Shown here piece by piece: positions 39,304 through 52,107 of a DNA stretch of 64,000 nt (the stretch's first letter is position 1; every line of letters starts with the position of its first letter). Location of the stretch: positions 1,024,001 through 1,088,000 of the forward strand of contig CBDFGR010000002.1 of NCBI GenBank assembly GCA_965247115.1, in the 5' to 3' direction. This DNA comes from Myxococcota bacterium (GTDB lineage Bacteria; Myxococcota_A; UBA9160; SZUA-336). The translations under genes were made by a program, and so were the position numbers. The notes under the pieces are model-generated. The model had not been told where the DNA came from, searched no databases, and worked only from the letters and a program-made list of their open reading frames with translations.

Positions 39304-40587
39304 TCAGCGCGTGCGAAAGCGCAGCGCGACCTCGTTCAGCTCGTTTGACATGCTCGACAGGCGCGCTGCCTGTCGGACCATTTCGTCCATCGCCGCGCGC
39401 TGACCGCTGAGCCCGCCACGCATCTCGTCTGCGGCCTTGGCTCCGTTCGTCACCTCTTGCGAGATGCTCTCGATGTCGCGTACCAGGTGCTCGCCGTCAC
39501 TCGACTGGCGGGTGGCCTGGTCGAAGATGTCGTCGGCCCTGCGCGAGGCCTTCTCGATCGAGGCCTGCACCTGCTCGAGCGCTTGCAGGATCTCAGCCAG
39601 GTCGCTGCGGCGCTCGCTCACGTCCTCGCCCATGGAATGGGTGATGGCTGAGACGTTCGAGGAGCCTTCCTCCAGCTGGCGAATCAGCGTCTCGATCTGG
39701 CCCGCCGAGTCGCCCGCAGTCTCGGCGAGCTTGCGGATCTCGTCCGCCACCACGGAGAAGCCGCGCCCCGCGTCGCCCGCACGGGCCGCCTCGATCGAGG
39801 CGTTCAGCGACAACAGGTGGGTTTTCTCGACGACGCTCGAGATCATCTCGGTAACACGGTGGGCGGACTGGATCTTCTGCTCGAAGTCCTGCATCAAGCG
39901 CTCGGACTCTTCGATCTTCTCGAACAAGCTGCTCATCTTCGTGGCCGAGTTTCGCGACACCTCCACGCACGACGTCGTCTGCTCGCTGGCGTCGCTCGTC
40001 AGGCTCGACGCCTCGCTCGCAGCCTCGGCGTTCTCCTGCATTGCCGAGGAGATCTCGCGCATCCGCAGGGAGATGTGCTTGACATCCTCCTGCTCCTTGA
40101 GCGTGCTCTGCGCCACCGACTCCATGTTGTGGGAGATCTCCTGGCTCGCCCCGTTCACTTGCCGCGACGACTCCGAGAGGTCGAGCGAAGCCTGGGCAAC
40201 CTCGTCGGCGGCTCGCTGCAGGCGTTCGACGAGCTCCCGCAAGCTCTCGAGCATGGCCGCGACGGAGCGCGCAAGATCGACCGTCTCGTCGGGAAAGCGG
40301 CGTCCGCCGCGGGGGGAGAGCTCCGTCGTCAGGTCACCGCTGCTGATGCTCTCGGTGCAGTTGCGGAGCCAGCCGAGGTTCCTGGTGATCTGTCTCGAGT
40401 AGAGCGATCCGATTCCCGTGCCGACTCCGAGTGCGGCGAAGAAGGAGCCCCACGCAGGTACACCCGACGCCTCGAGAACGGCGGGCAGTCCCGCGGCTAC
40501 CGCCGCAACCACGACGAAGCCCAGCACGAACTTGTGCGAAAGATCCAGGCGCAAAGCGGACTCTCGATGCGCAACTCCAGCGCGCAA
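39304..40587 (-). CDS. Methyl-accepting chemotaxis protein without a periplasmic sensor domain (DifA-like); start may be TTG at 40554
   Basis: Two adjacent TM helices, HAMP ([12 protein letters not shown]), hairpin tip [33 protein letters not shown]. Confidence 0.92.
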   Translation of the reverse strand: MRAGVAHRESALRLDLSHKFVLGFVVVAAVAAGLPAVLEASGVPAWGSFFAALGVGTGIGSLYSRQITRNLGWLRNCTESISSGDLTTELSPRGGRRFPDETVDLARSVAAMLESLRELVERLQRAADEVAQASLDLSESSRQVNGASQEISHNMESVAQSTLKEQEDVKHISLRMREISSAMQENAEAASEASSLTSDASEQTTSCVEVSRNSATKMSSLFEKIEESERLMQDFEQKIQSAHRVTEMISSVVEKTHLLSLNASIEAARAGDAGRGFSVVADEIRKLAETAGDSAGQIETLIRQLEEGSSNVSAITHSMGEDVSERRSDLAEILQALEQVQASIEKASRRADDIFDQATRQSSDGEHLVRDIESISQEVTNGAKAADEMRGGLSGQRAAMDEMVRQAARLSSMSNELNEVALRFRTR

Positions 40588-40593
40588 ACCTGT

Positions 40594-41619
40594 CTACTGT
40601 TCGGACGGTCTGCTTCGCGGCTTGAAGTGCTCGTAGCCCGAAAATCCGCCACGAATGCGCTTCCCGGCGCGCAGGAAACGAATGCCACGCCCATGCCTCA
40701 CGACACCGATTTCCGTCACGCGACAGCCGAGCCGCCTGGCGAGCACGCTGGACAGGGGGGCCCGGGAGCGCACGCTGAAGAGCAGCTCGTAATCCTCCCC
40801 GCCCGCCACCGCGAGGGATTCCGGGTCGAGCCCGCGCTCCCGGCTGAGGTCGCGAAGCCCGCGCGGCAATGGCAGCGCATCGAGCCAGATCTCTGCGCCC
40901 ACCCCGCTCTCCCGCAGGACGTGAGAAAGGTCCCGCTCCAGGCCGTCCGAGAGGTCCACCGCAGCGGTTGCCAGCCCGCTCCGCGCGAGCTTGGGCCCGA
41001 CACTGAGTGGCGGCTGGGGGCGCAGGTGACAGGCGGCGAAGCGGCGCTGGCCGGGCCCGCGAAGCGGCCCCGCCTCCAGGAGTTCGAGCCCGAGTGCTGC
41101 CGCTCCGAGCGTCCCGGTCACCAGAATCCGGTCCCCGGCCCGCGCTCCGCCGCGGCGTAGGGCGGCACCCCGGTGCACGCTTCCCACGGCGCTGACGGAC
41201 AGGGACCACAGCGGAGCAGAGACCGTGTCGCCTCCGACCAGCGGACAGCCGAATCTGCGCGCGCTCGCGAGCAGCCCGCGCAAGAAAGCGTCCAGCGCGG
41301 CGGGGTCTGTGGCGCCAGGGAGCCCAAGTGTCAGCAGGAAGCCCAGCGGCTTCGCCCCCATCGCGTTCAAGTCCGACAAGTTCACAGCTAGAGCCTTGTG
41401 ACCGAGAGAGCGTGCGTCCGTGGTCCGCCAGCGAAAGTGGACATCCTCCACCAGCGCATCGGCCGTCCACACCAGATCCGCGCCACTCGGAGGCCGCAGG
41501 ACGGCGGCGTCATCGCCAATGCCGCGAAGCCAGGCTCCGCCGGGCTCGCCAACCCGGCGCCTGATGGTCTCGATCAGTCCGAGCTCCCCGAGCGCGTCGA
41601 GGTCAATCCCGCTGGCCAC
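40594..41619 (-). CDS. thiL: Thiamine-monophosphate kinase
   Basis: GIGDDAAV, VNLSDLNAMGA, VGGDT, DLSDGL, GGEDYELL. Confidence 0.95.
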   Translation of the reverse strand: MASGIDLDALGELGLIETIRRRVGEPGGAWLRGIGDDAAVLRPPSGADLVWTADALVEDVHFRWRTTDARSLGHKALAVNLSDLNAMGAKPLGFLLTLGLPGATDPAALDAFLRGLLASARRFGCPLVGGDTVSAPLWSLSVSAVGSVHRGAALRRGGARAGDRILVTGTLGAAALGLELLEAGPLRGPGQRRFAACHLRPQPPLSVGPKLARSGLATAAVDLSDGLERDLSHVLRESGVGAEIWLDALPLPRGLRDLSRERGLDPESLAVAGGEDYELLFSVRSRAPLSSVLARRLGCRVTEIGVVRHGRGIRFLRAGKRIRGGFSGYEHFKPRSRPSEQ

Positions 41620-41637
41620 CAGGGGAGTGTAGGGTAG

Positions 41638-44091
41638 TTACGAGCTGAGCGGCGCGGTCTCGACGCGGCCGCCACGACGTCGGGTCTTGGCCTTTGCCGA
41701 GAGCGGCTCGCTGAGCGCGATCTCGAGCACCTCTTCCATGGTGCGGACGAAGTTGAACTCCATGCGCCGCGCCAGCTCTGGTGGAATCTCCTCGAGATCG
41801 TTTCGGTTGGCGTGGGGGATGATCAGACGTCGGATGCCTCGGCGCAGGGCGGCCATCGCCTTCTCGCGCACGCCACCGACGGGAAGCACGCGTCCTCGCA
41901 GCGTGATTTCTCCGGTCATCGCCACGTCGGAGCGCACCGGGTTGTCTGTGAGCAGCGACAGGATGGCAGTAGCCATGGTCACTCCGGCGGAGGGACCATC
42001 CTTTGGCGTTGCCCCCGCCGGAACATGCACGTGGACCTCGTTTCGCTGCAGGGTCTCTGCGATGTCGAGCTCGGCGGCGCGCCAGCGCACGTACGAGAGC
42101 GCGGCCTGGCCCGACTCCTTCATCACATCTCCCAGCTGCCCGGTCAGAATGAGGCCGCGTCCGCGCACCATCGTGGCTTCGATCGCGAGCACCTCTCCAC
42201 CGGTCTCCGTCCACGCCAGACCGCGCGCCAGTCCCGGCTCGGCTCCTCTCGGAATGGCCTCGTTGATCACAGGAGCCGGTCCCAGGTGTGCCTGCAGGTT
42301 GCGCAGCGTGATCGAGACCCGATCGGCTTCACCCTCCGCGATGCGGCGCGCGACCTTGCGCAACATGCGGCTGATCTCGCGCTCCAGCGAGCGTACGCCT
42401 GCTTCCTGCGTATAGCCGGTGATCACCTCGCGAATTGCAGCGCGCGAGACCTTTACGTTCTCCGACTTGAGCCCGCACTCCTCGATCTGTCTCGGCACCA
42501 GGAAGCGCCGCGCGATCACCTCCTTCTCTTCCGGCGCATAGCCAGGAAGACGGATCACCTCCATGCGATCGAGCAGCGGGCGGGGAATCGGATCGACCAG
42601 GTTCGCGGTCGCGATGAACAGTGCGCGTGACAGGTCGTACGGTACGTTCAGGTAGTGATCCCGGAAGCTGGAGTTCTGCTCGGGATCCAGCACCTCGAGC
42701 ATCGCGGACGCAGGGTCCCCCCGGTAGTCGGCGCCGAGCTTGTCGATCTCGTCGAGCATGAACACGGGGTTGATCTTGCCGCCCTGCCGCATTCCCTGAA
42801 GGATGCGCCCCGGCATCGCTCCCACGTAGGTGCGACGGTGTCCCCGGATCTCTGCCTCGTCCCGCATCCCGCCGAGGGACATGCGCACGAAGCTGCGACC
42901 CATGGCCTGGGCGATCGAACGCCCGAGCGAGGTCTTGCCGACCCCAGGGGCGCCGACGAGACACAGGATGGGACCCTTGCCGCCGCCTCCCCCGCGCAGC
43001 TTGTGAACGGCCAGGAATTCGAGGATGCGCTCCTTGACCTTGTTCAGGTACGCGTGGTCGCGCTCAAGGACCTCTCGCGAGACCTTCAGGTCCAGGTTGT
43101 CCTCAGATGCTTCGCTCCACGGGAGCTCGACCATCCACTCCAGGTAGGTGCGCACGACCTGAGTCTCCGAGGAATCGGGATGCATGCGGGCCAGGCGCTC
43201 GAGCTGGCGCTGCGACTCAGCCTGCGCCTCTTCGTTCATCCCTGCTGCTTCGATGCGGGCGCGCAGCTCCTCGATCTCAGAGTTGCGGTCGTCTCCCTCG
43301 CCGAGCTCCTCCTGGATCTGGCGCATCTGCTCACGCAGGAGGATCTCGCGCTGCGTCCGGGTCATCTCCTCGCGCGCGGCCGACTGGAACTCGGCCTGCA
43401 TGGAGGATACGGCCAGCTCGCGGCGCAGAAGCGTCTCGACTCGCCGCAGCCTCCGCACCGGGTCGAGTATTTCGAGCGTCTCCTGCGCCTCATCGACACG
43501 CAGCCGTAGGTTCGCCGCAACGAGATCCGCCAGTCGGCCCGGGTCTTCCACGTTCGCTGTGATCGACAGCAGCTCCGGCGGCAGGTGTCGGAGCGGCAGA
43601 AGCTCGGAGATCTTCTCGCTTACGCTACGGATCAGCGCCTCGATCTCGACCGACCACTCCGGCGGCTCATCGGGACCCAACTCCTCGACCTCGACGTCGA
43701 TGTGGGGCTCGCAGCGCAGGAAGTTCTTGATCCGGACCTTCGATAGCCCCTGCACGAGCACCTTCAGCCGCTCGTCAGGAAGACGCATGAGGCGCATGAT
43801 CATCCCGACGGTACCAACGCTGTAGATGTCCTCCGGGCCGGGGTCTTCGACTTCCGGATCGCGCTGGGTGGCAAGCGCGAGCAATCGATCCCCCTCGAGA
43901 GCGGTCTCGATGGCGTGCACCGAAACGTCTCTGCCGACAAAGAGCGGCAGAATCATCGAGGGGAACACTACGGCGTCGCGAATCGGAAGCAGAGGGAGTG
44001 ACTCGGGAACCGTGAACGTATTGTCGGGGGAGTCTCTGTCCAAAGGCCGCTCCGCTGTCCTGGTCGACCGTGCGTGCCCTCCGAGCGGCAC
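41638..44091 (-). CDS. lon: ATP-dependent protease La (start may be slightly downstream)
   Basis: LPLLPIRD..FP, GAPGVGKTS, LDEIDK, PKDGPSAG, PVGGVREK. Confidence 0.96.
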   Translation of the reverse strand: MPLGGHARSTRTAERPLDRDSPDNTFTVPESLPLLPIRDAVVFPSMILPLFVGRDVSVHAIETALEGDRLLALATQRDPEVEDPGPEDIYSVGTVGMIMRLMRLPDERLKVLVQGLSKVRIKNFLRCEPHIDVEVEELGPDEPPEWSVEIEALIRSVSEKISELLPLRHLPPELLSITANVEDPGRLADLVAANLRLRVDEAQETLEILDPVRRLRRVETLLRRELAVSSMQAEFQSAAREEMTRTQREILLREQMRQIQEELGEGDDRNSEIEELRARIEAAGMNEEAQAESQRQLERLARMHPDSSETQVVRTYLEWMVELPWSEASEDNLDLKVSREVLERDHAYLNKVKERILEFLAVHKLRGGGGGKGPILCLVGAPGVGKTSLGRSIAQAMGRSFVRMSLGGMRDEAEIRGHRRTYVGAMPGRILQGMRQGGKINPVFMLDEIDKLGADYRGDPASAMLEVLDPEQNSSFRDHYLNVPYDLSRALFIATANLVDPIPRPLLDRMEVIRLPGYAPEEKEVIARRFLVPRQIEECGLKSENVKVSRAAIREVITGYTQEAGVRSLEREISRMLRKVARRIAEGEADRVSITLRNLQAHLGPAPVINEAIPRGAEPGLARGLAWTETGGEVLAIEATMVRGRGLILTGQLGDVMKESGQAALSYVRWRAAELDIAETLQRNEVHVHVPAGATPKDGPSAGVTMATAILSLLTDNPVRSDVAMTGEITLRGRVLPVGGVREKAMAALRRGIRRLIIPHANRNDLEEIPPELARRMEFNFVRTMEEVLEIALSEPLSAKAKTRRRGGRVETAPLSS

Positions 44092-44141
44092 GGCCCTGTG
44101 ACCGCAAGAGAAAAATCGACCTGCGGAGCGGTGAACTTGAT

Positions 44142-46103
44142 TCAGGGCACCTCGTTTACGAGTCGGATGGCGCCTCTGTTCACCGTGAGCACGTTTGGCG
44201 ACTTGCGCGTTCCACCGCTCTCGTCGAACGAGGTCAGCCCAGTCAAGCCGGAGTAATCCTTCACCAGGAGTATGCGACGCCGCAGCTGCTCACGAGAGAT
44301 CGTTCCGTTGCTCTGGATCAGGCGCCGAAGCAGCATCGCCGCGTCGTATCCCTCCGCGGCGTACACATCGGGCTCCCGACCGTACGCGGCGTAGTAGCGC
44401 TGCACGAAGCGCTCCACTCCCGGCTGTGGGCTCCAGACGAAGAACGCATCGACGAAGATGGCGCGAACGGCCTCGCTTCCGCCACGCTCCACGAGCTCTG
44501 ACGAATTCCACTCGCTTCCGCCGAGATACGTCACGTCGCTAACGTCGTAGAAGCGCAGCTGTGGAAGGATCAGTCCGACCTTCTCGCCCACGTCCGGAAT
44601 GAAGAGTGCGTCGAAGTCCACGTACGGAGGCAGATCGGCAAGGCTCGGGTCTTCGAGCTGCGCTGCGTTCTCGACAGGATGCCGCAGCAGGCGATCTCGT
44701 AGCTTGAGCAGCTCCTTCTCTTCGTCCGTCAGGTAGTGGAGCCCGACGAGCTTCTTGATCTCTTCCTGCACGTCCACGGCGTCGGGGTCGTACCGCTCTA
44801 CGCCAACGATCCTCCCCCCGAGCGCCTCTACCTTTTCCCAGAACAGGTTCTTGAGCGCGAGCCCCTGGTCGTCGTCGGGGTAGAGGATGGCGAAGCTCCG
44901 GTACTCTCGGACCTCGACGGCATAGGACGCGAGCGTACTCACCTCGTCTTCAGGGGTCAGACCGAAGCGAAAGATGAAGTCTCCCAGCTCAGAGATGTCG
45001 TCACGTCTCGACAGCGTGAGCAAGGGCGTCCCGCCCGCCTCTGCAGACGGAGCGGCGGCTGCGGACACCGCCGAGCTGAGCGGGCCAATGATGGCGCTTA
45101 CGCCCTCTTCGACCAGCTCGCGCACGGCACGGGAGCCCGCATCGACCTGGCCCTCCGTGTCGCGTATGGCAATCCGGTAGGGGGTGCTCGGATCGTCAAA
45201 GAGATCGAGGGCCAGCACCACCCCTTGCAGCACGGCCTCGCCAAAAGGGGCAAACGGGCCGGACAGTGGCACCGCGACTCCGAGGGTCTCGACGACCGTC
45301 GCGGATCCTCGCCGGGTCCGGTCCAAGAGCTGCTGGCGTTCCGCCTCGTCAAGCCCACGCAGGCGCCGGGGCAAGCGCGCCAGCGCCAGCTCGGCAGCCT
45401 CGTAGTCCGAGCGGGCCAGCGCCCGGCTCGCGATCTCGAGGTTGACGCGGTCGTAGACGGGACCGCGTGGGAGTGTCGCCACGAGACTCTCGAGCGCCGC
45501 GTCCCTCAGCCTGTCCTCGATCAGCTCATCGAGCTCGAGGTCGATCTCGAGCAAGGCGTCGGGGCTGTCCGTGTCGCGACGGCTGAGCGCAAGGGCTCGT
45601 ACCGCGTCGGCGTAATCTCCGGACGCCCTGGCCAGGTCGGCCCGAAGCCTGTGGATGCGCGGGCGCAGGCGGTCATTTGCAAGACGCCACTCGGTGCGCT
45701 CCAGGACACGACGGCCATCCTCGGGCCGGCCGAGGTCGCGATAGACCTCGCCCGCGCGCAGGCCGGCCTCCGGGTTGAGCGGGCTGCGGCTCTCCTCCTC
45801 CACGAGGCGCCGCCACGTGGCGGCAGCCCCCTCACGCTCTCCCAACGCCAGCTGGACCTCTCCTAACAGGAAGAGGGCCTCGTCGATCCGGCCGCTCTCG
45901 ACCAGCTCACGCAAGAAGCGCTCGAGGACGCGCCGCGCCCCCTCGAGCTCACCGCTGGCAAGCTGCTCGCGCGCCAGCGCCAGATCCGCAGCGGCCGCCT
46001 CCTCGTATGGCACGGCGATGCCGTTCCGGATCACCGGCGGACGGGCGCAGGCGAGCAGCAGAACCGCTGCAACCGGCCAGATCCAGCGGATCGCGTCTCG
46101 CAT
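44142..46103 (-). CDS. LpoA/LppC-like penicillin-binding protein activator lipoprotein (TPR plus periplasmic-binding fold)
   Basis: Lipobox LLAC, TPR-like N-half, VPLSGPFA, IIGPL, DFDALFIPD, GYDA. Confidence 0.8.
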   Translation of the reverse strand: MRDAIRWIWPVAAVLLLACARPPVIRNGIAVPYEEAAAADLALAREQLASGELEGARRVLERFLRELVESGRIDEALFLLGEVQLALGEREGAAATWRRLVEEESRSPLNPEAGLRAGEVYRDLGRPEDGRRVLERTEWRLANDRLRPRIHRLRADLARASGDYADAVRALALSRRDTDSPDALLEIDLELDELIEDRLRDAALESLVATLPRGPVYDRVNLEIASRALARSDYEAAELALARLPRRLRGLDEAERQQLLDRTRRGSATVVETLGVAVPLSGPFAPFGEAVLQGVVLALDLFDDPSTPYRIAIRDTEGQVDAGSRAVRELVEEGVSAIIGPLSSAVSAAAAPSAEAGGTPLLTLSRRDDISELGDFIFRFGLTPEDEVSTLASYAVEVREYRSFAILYPDDDQGLALKNLFWEKVEALGGRIVGVERYDPDAVDVQEEIKKLVGLHYLTDEEKELLKLRDRLLRHPVENAAQLEDPSLADLPPYVDFDALFIPDVGEKVGLILPQLRFYDVSDVTYLGGSEWNSSELVERGGSEAVRAIFVDAFFVWSPQPGVERFVQRYYAAYGREPDVYAAEGYDAAMLLRRLIQSNGTISREQLRRRILLVKDYSGLTGLTSFDESGGTRKSPNVLTVNRGAIRLVNEVP

Positions 46104-47203
46104 CAGTCGAACAGGTCGCGCAACGCGTCGAGAAAACCGCGGCGACGTGGGCTGACGGTGTCGCCAGCCTCCTGCGCAAACTCCTCGAGGAGCTCCCGCT
46201 GGCGATCGGTCAGCTTGGTAGGAACCTCGACGAACAGCTCCACCAACAGATCTCCGCGCGGTCCGCCGCCAAGGCGCGGAAGGCCCTTGCCGCGCAGACG
46301 CAACAGCTGACCCGACTGCGATCCGGCAGCGATCTTGAGGGACTCCCTACCCTCCATGCTCGGGACCTCGATGTCGCAGCCCAGGCTCGCCTGGGAGATC
46401 GATAAGGGTAGCTCACAATAGAGGTCGGGCCCGTCGCGCTTGAACAGCGGGTGATCCTCTACGCGGACCACCACGAACAGGTCGCCCGGCGGCCCGCCTC
46501 CGTAGCCCGCCTCTCCCTCGCCGGATAGGCGCAGCCGGACTCCACTGTCGACACCGGGCGGGATGCGGACGCTCAGGCTCTGCACCGTCTCGACACGCCC
46601 CTGGCCCCGGCAGTCGCCACACGCGCGCTTCAAGCTCTGGCCCTGGCCACCGCAGCGGTCGCAGGTGCGACTGATCCGAAAGAAGCCCTGTTGCATGGCG
46701 ACCTGACCGTGGCCGCCGCAGCGAGGGCAGGTCTCGCGCTCGCCCCCCTGCCCCTCACAGGTCTCGCAGCTCCGATGCCTGGGCACCCGGATCGACTGGG
46801 TACCGCCGACCGCCGCCACCGAGAAGTCGAGCTCCAGGTCGTAGCGCAGATCGGCCCCACGGCGTCCGCCACGCCGTCCGCCCCTGCCGCGTCCAAAGAC
46901 ATCGCCGCCGAAGAACTCGCTGAACAGGTCGCCGAAGCTCGACAGGGGATCGGAGCCCTCGAAGGGATCCACCCCTGCGCCTCCGATGGCGCTATGTCCG
47001 AAGCGATCGTAGGACGCGCGCTTCTCGGGATCGGAGAGCACGGCGTACGCCTCTGACGCTTCCTTGAAGCGCTCTTCCGCGTCGGGGTCGTCGGGATTCT
47101 TGTCGGGATGGTACTGGTGCGCCAGCGTGCGATAGGCGCGCTTGAGCACGTCGGCGTCGGCGGAGCGATCGACGCCGAGAACCTCGTAGTAATCCCGTTT
47201 CAC
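46103..47203 (-). CDS. dnaJ: Chaperone DnaJ
   Basis: GTG at 47203; DYYEVLGV, HPDKN, G/F region, four CxxCxGxG repeats. Confidence 0.97.
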   Translation of the reverse strand: MKRDYYEVLGVDRSADADVLKRAYRTLAHQYHPDKNPDDPDAEERFKEASEAYAVLSDPEKRASYDRFGHSAIGGAGVDPFEGSDPLSSFGDLFSEFFGGDVFGRGRGGRRGGRRGADLRYDLELDFSVAAVGGTQSIRVPRHRSCETCEGQGGERETCPRCGGHGQVAMQQGFFRISRTCDRCGGQGQSLKRACGDCRGQGRVETVQSLSVRIPPGVDSGVRLRLSGEGEAGYGGGPPGDLFVVVRVEDHPLFKRDGPDLYCELPLSISQASLGCDIEVPSMEGRESLKIAAGSQSGQLLRLRGKGLPRLGGGPRGDLLVELFVEVPTKLTDRQRELLEEFAQEAGDTVSPRRRGFLDALRDLFD

Positions 47204-47240
47204 GGTCGCGTAGGCTAGCAAACCCCCGCGCTGGCAGGCC

Positions 47241-49085
<1,845 letters not shown>

Positions 49086-49131
49086 CGTCTCCCTGCAGAC
49101 TGGCGGCCGGCGTTGCGTCGGAAGTTGGGGG

Positions 49132-49758
49132 CTAGTCCGAAGTCTCCTCAGGCCCACTCGACACCGCGACGAGTGCGGCGCGGATCAGACGGTCCTTGAG
49201 CAGATACCCCTTCTGGAAGACCTCGGCGACGACCCCCGACTCGTGCTCAGCGCTTGGCATTTGCCGGATTGCTTCGTGGATCTTGGGATCGAATCGCTCG
49301 CCCTCGGACTCGATCCCCTGTACGCCCAGCTTCTCCAGCGCCTGCATGAGGGATCGATACGTGAGCTCGATACCTTCCAAAAGACTCTTCGCGTCCCCGC
49401 CCTCCTCCTGTCGAGCATGGCCGACCGCTCGCTCCAGATTATCGACCACGGGCAGCAGCTGCTTGATCAGATTCTCGTGAGCGTAGTTGTGCAGGTCCTG
49501 GCGCTCTTTCAGCGCGCGACGCTTGAAGTTCTCGAACTCCGCTGCGATCCGAAGATACTTCTCGTTGAGCGCGCCAAGCTCGTCCTGGGCGTCGCCCTCG
49601 GAAGCCTCGGCGAGCTCGTCTTCTTCGGCATCGGGGTCGGGGACCGCGTCTTCGGCTGGCGCGGCTGTCTCATCCGCGACTTCGGGAGCGGGGGTCTGTT
49701 CCAGCTCCACGCGGAGCTCTTCGGGCAGACTGACCTTGGGCCCCTTGGAGTCCGACAC
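49132..49758 (-). CDS. grpE: Nucleotide exchange factor GrpE
   Basis: [41 protein letters not shown]. Confidence 0.96.
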   Translation of the reverse strand: MSDSKGPKVSLPEELRVELEQTPAPEVADETAAPAEDAVPDPDAEEDELAEASEGDAQDELGALNEKYLRIAAEFENFKRRALKERQDLHNYAHENLIKQLLPVVDNLERAVGHARQEEGGDAKSLLEGIELTYRSLMQALEKLGVQGIESEGERFDPKIHEAIRQMPSAEHESGVVAEVFQKGYLLKDRLIRAALVAVSSGPEETSD

Positions 49759-49781
49759 TTCGCTACCTCAGAAGCCTGAAC

Positions 49782-50819
49782 TCAAACGAGCGCCTCGCCG
49801 ACTCGCTCGGACACGTGGCGAACCAACGGAATCACGCGATCGTAGCGCATGCGAACCGGGCCGATCACGCCGAGCCCCCCAATCGACGTCGAGCCACCGA
49901 GCCGCGCCGTCACCACTGCACAGTGTTGCACGTCCGGGTCTTCGAGCTCGCTTCCGATCACGACCTGCAGGCCTTCGCCGCGCACGATCTTGTTGAGCAG
50001 GCGCAGCATGCGCTCCTTCTCTTCCAGCGCGGAGAGGAGGCGGAGCAGCTGGCCGTCGGCGAAGTCCGCCCGGTGCAGGAGCACGCTCCTGTCTGCCACA
50101 TAGAACTCCTCGGCATCGTTGGCACCGAGGCCTTCTGAAGACAGGACCACGAGTGCTTTCGACAGGGCGTCACTGCGCCGGCGCTCGCGGCGGATCTCCT
50201 CGTGCAGCTTCCGGCGCGCCTCCCCCAGCGAACGTCCCGCGACTAGCTCGGATACACGTGTGGAGATCTTGTCGAGGGCGCGCTGATCAGACTCCGCCTC
50301 TTCGATCAGACGACTGCGGACCAGGCCACCGTCGGACACCAGCAGCGCCATGACCCTGTCGCTCGATACCCGAACGAAGTGAACGCGTTGGAGCCGTTGC
50401 TGCTCGGGCTCGAGCCCGACGAAAAAGCCCAGCTGGCCGGTGGTCTCGGACAGCAGATCCGCCGCGCGCCGCAGATAGTCGTCGACGGCCCCCTCCGGCT
50501 CCCCCAGCGTCAACTCGACCGGGCTCCTGGAGCCGAGCTCCGCCTGAGACTCCCCCAGAAGAAAGTCCACCCAGAGGCGGAAGGCGGCATCTGTCGGCGT
50601 GCGCCCTGCGGACGGATGCGGTTGCGCCAGCAGGCCCACCTCCATCAGCTCGTTCATGGTGGCGCGAATGGTCGCCGCGGAGACGTCGAGATGGGACAGG
50701 AGCAGCGCCGACCTGGACCCGACTGCCTGGCCCGTGGTGATGTACTCCCCGATCACGCACAGGAGGACCTCGCGTGTTCGGGCAGAAAGATCTCGCAGCG
50801 CTCGGACTCGGTCGCCCAC
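49782..50819 (-). CDS. hrcA: Heat-inducible transcription repressor HrcA
   Basis: YITTGQAVGS, SAATIR, QPHPSAGRTPT, GVIGPVRMRY. Confidence 0.93.
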   Translation of the reverse strand: MGDRVRALRDLSARTREVLLCVIGEYITTGQAVGSRSALLLSHLDVSAATIRATMNELMEVGLLAQPHPSAGRTPTDAAFRLWVDFLLGESQAELGSRSPVELTLGEPEGAVDDYLRRAADLLSETTGQLGFFVGLEPEQQRLQRVHFVRVSSDRVMALLVSDGGLVRSRLIEEAESDQRALDKISTRVSELVAGRSLGEARRKLHEEIRRERRRSDALSKALVVLSSEGLGANDAEEFYVADRSVLLHRADFADGQLLRLLSALEEKERMLRLLNKIVRGEGLQVVIGSELEDPDVQHCAVVTARLGGSTSIGGLGVIGPVRMRYDRVIPLVRHVSERVGEALV

Positions 50820-50871
50820 TGGCGTCTCCTCGGTCGGCTGATTCGAAGCCTAGCTGTGCAGCCAGCGCGCT

Positions 50872-52047
50872 TCAACGCCCCACAAAGCGCTGAAAGACCT
50901 CGTCCGCAAAGCGGATCCCCCGTTCCGTCAGGCGCAGGGCGCCCTCCTGCTCCCGAATCAGCCCGAGCTGCCACAGCTCCCCCAGCTCGGCGCCAAAGCA
51001 GGTCTCGAGCGGAGCGGCGAAGCGCCGACGAAACTCCTCCGGACGAATCCCGTCGAGGCAGCGGAAGCCGAGACCCACGAAGTCGCGCCGCGCCTCCTCG
51101 AGCGAGACCTGCCAGGACTCCGCGACCGCCGATCGGCCCTCGGTCACAGCGGCCTGCCATTCTGCCAAGTCCAGGGTGTTCTGAAAGCGGCGACCGGCCA
51201 GCAGGCTGGCCGCGGACACACCCAGGCCGAGGACGTCCAGGCATGCCCAGTAACGCTGGTTGTGGCGCGAGCGATGACCCGGACGACAGAAGCTCGAGAT
51301 CTCGTAGTGCTCGAAGCCCGCCTCGGCAAGGCGCGCCCGCACTCCCAGGCTCATGCGCAGCTCGGCGTCCTCGTCCGGGAGCACAAGCTCTCCGCGCTGC
51401 AGGGCCCTCGCGAAAGGCGTGCCCGGCTCGATGGTCAGCGCGTAGGCCGAGACGTGCGGCACTCCGAGCCCGATCACGCGCTCGAGGTCCGCGAGAAACT
51501 CCGCTTCCCGCTGCTCCGGGGCGCCGAAGATGAGATCCACCGAGAGCGAATCGAAGCCAGCGGCCAGGCAGCTCTCGAGGCCGTGCAGGGCCTCGGCCGC
51601 CCGCTGCGCCCGACCCAGGCGCTTGAGGGTCGTATCGTGGAGAGACTGGACACCGACGGACACGCGGGTCACTCCGACAGCCCGGAACGCGTCGACGCGC
51701 GCGGTCTCCAGGTTCCCGGGGTTGAGCTCGATGGTGACCTCCGGTGCCGTCCCGCCGAAGCGCGTCTCCAGGGCACGGAGCAGGCGCTCGACCGAGGCGG
51801 GGTGCAGTAGTGCGGGCGTCCCGCCCCCCAGGTAGATGGTGGCGAGCGGGCGGCCCGCGAGCTGGGCGCCGTGCCCCTCCCACAGCCACTCGAGCTCGCG
51901 CAGGAGCAGGTCCACGTAGCGGGCTTCCCGTTCCGGCTCGAGTCGCCCCACTCCGAGTACCGCGAAGTCGCAGTACGGGCAGACACGCTCACAAAACGGC
52001 ACGTGCACGTAGACACCGAGGTCCAGCTTGCTTGTCGCTGCGCTCAC
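50872..52047 (-). CDS. hemW: Radical SAM heme chaperone HemW
   Basis: YVHVPFCERVCPYCDF, YLGGGTP, SVGVQS, YEISSF, HNQRYW; upstream of hrcA; GTG at 52047. Confidence 0.92.
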   Translation of the reverse strand: MSAATSKLDLGVYVHVPFCERVCPYCDFAVLGVGRLEPEREARYVDLLLRELEWLWEGHGAQLAGRPLATIYLGGGTPALLHPASVERLLRALETRFGGTAPEVTIELNPGNLETARVDAFRAVGVTRVSVGVQSLHDTTLKRLGRAQRAAEALHGLESCLAAGFDSLSVDLIFGAPEQREAEFLADLERVIGLGVPHVSAYALTIEPGTPFARALQRGELVLPDEDAELRMSLGVRARLAEAGFEHYEISSFCRPGHRSRHNQRYWACLDVLGLGVSAASLLAGRRFQNTLDLAEWQAAVTEGRSAVAESWQVSLEEARRDFVGLGFRCLDGIRPEEFRRRFAAPLETCFGAELGELWQLGLIREQEGALRLTERGIRFADEVFQRFVGR

Positions 52048-52107
52048 ACCACCTATCCTATGCCGACTTTGCGCGACATCTGCAGACGCCGAACCCGAAG
52101 GAAGATC

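Noticed and set aside
50820..50871. CIRCE upstream of hrcA
   Set aside because: No GCACTC-N9-GAGTGC match is seen in this intergenic region or upstream of hemW.
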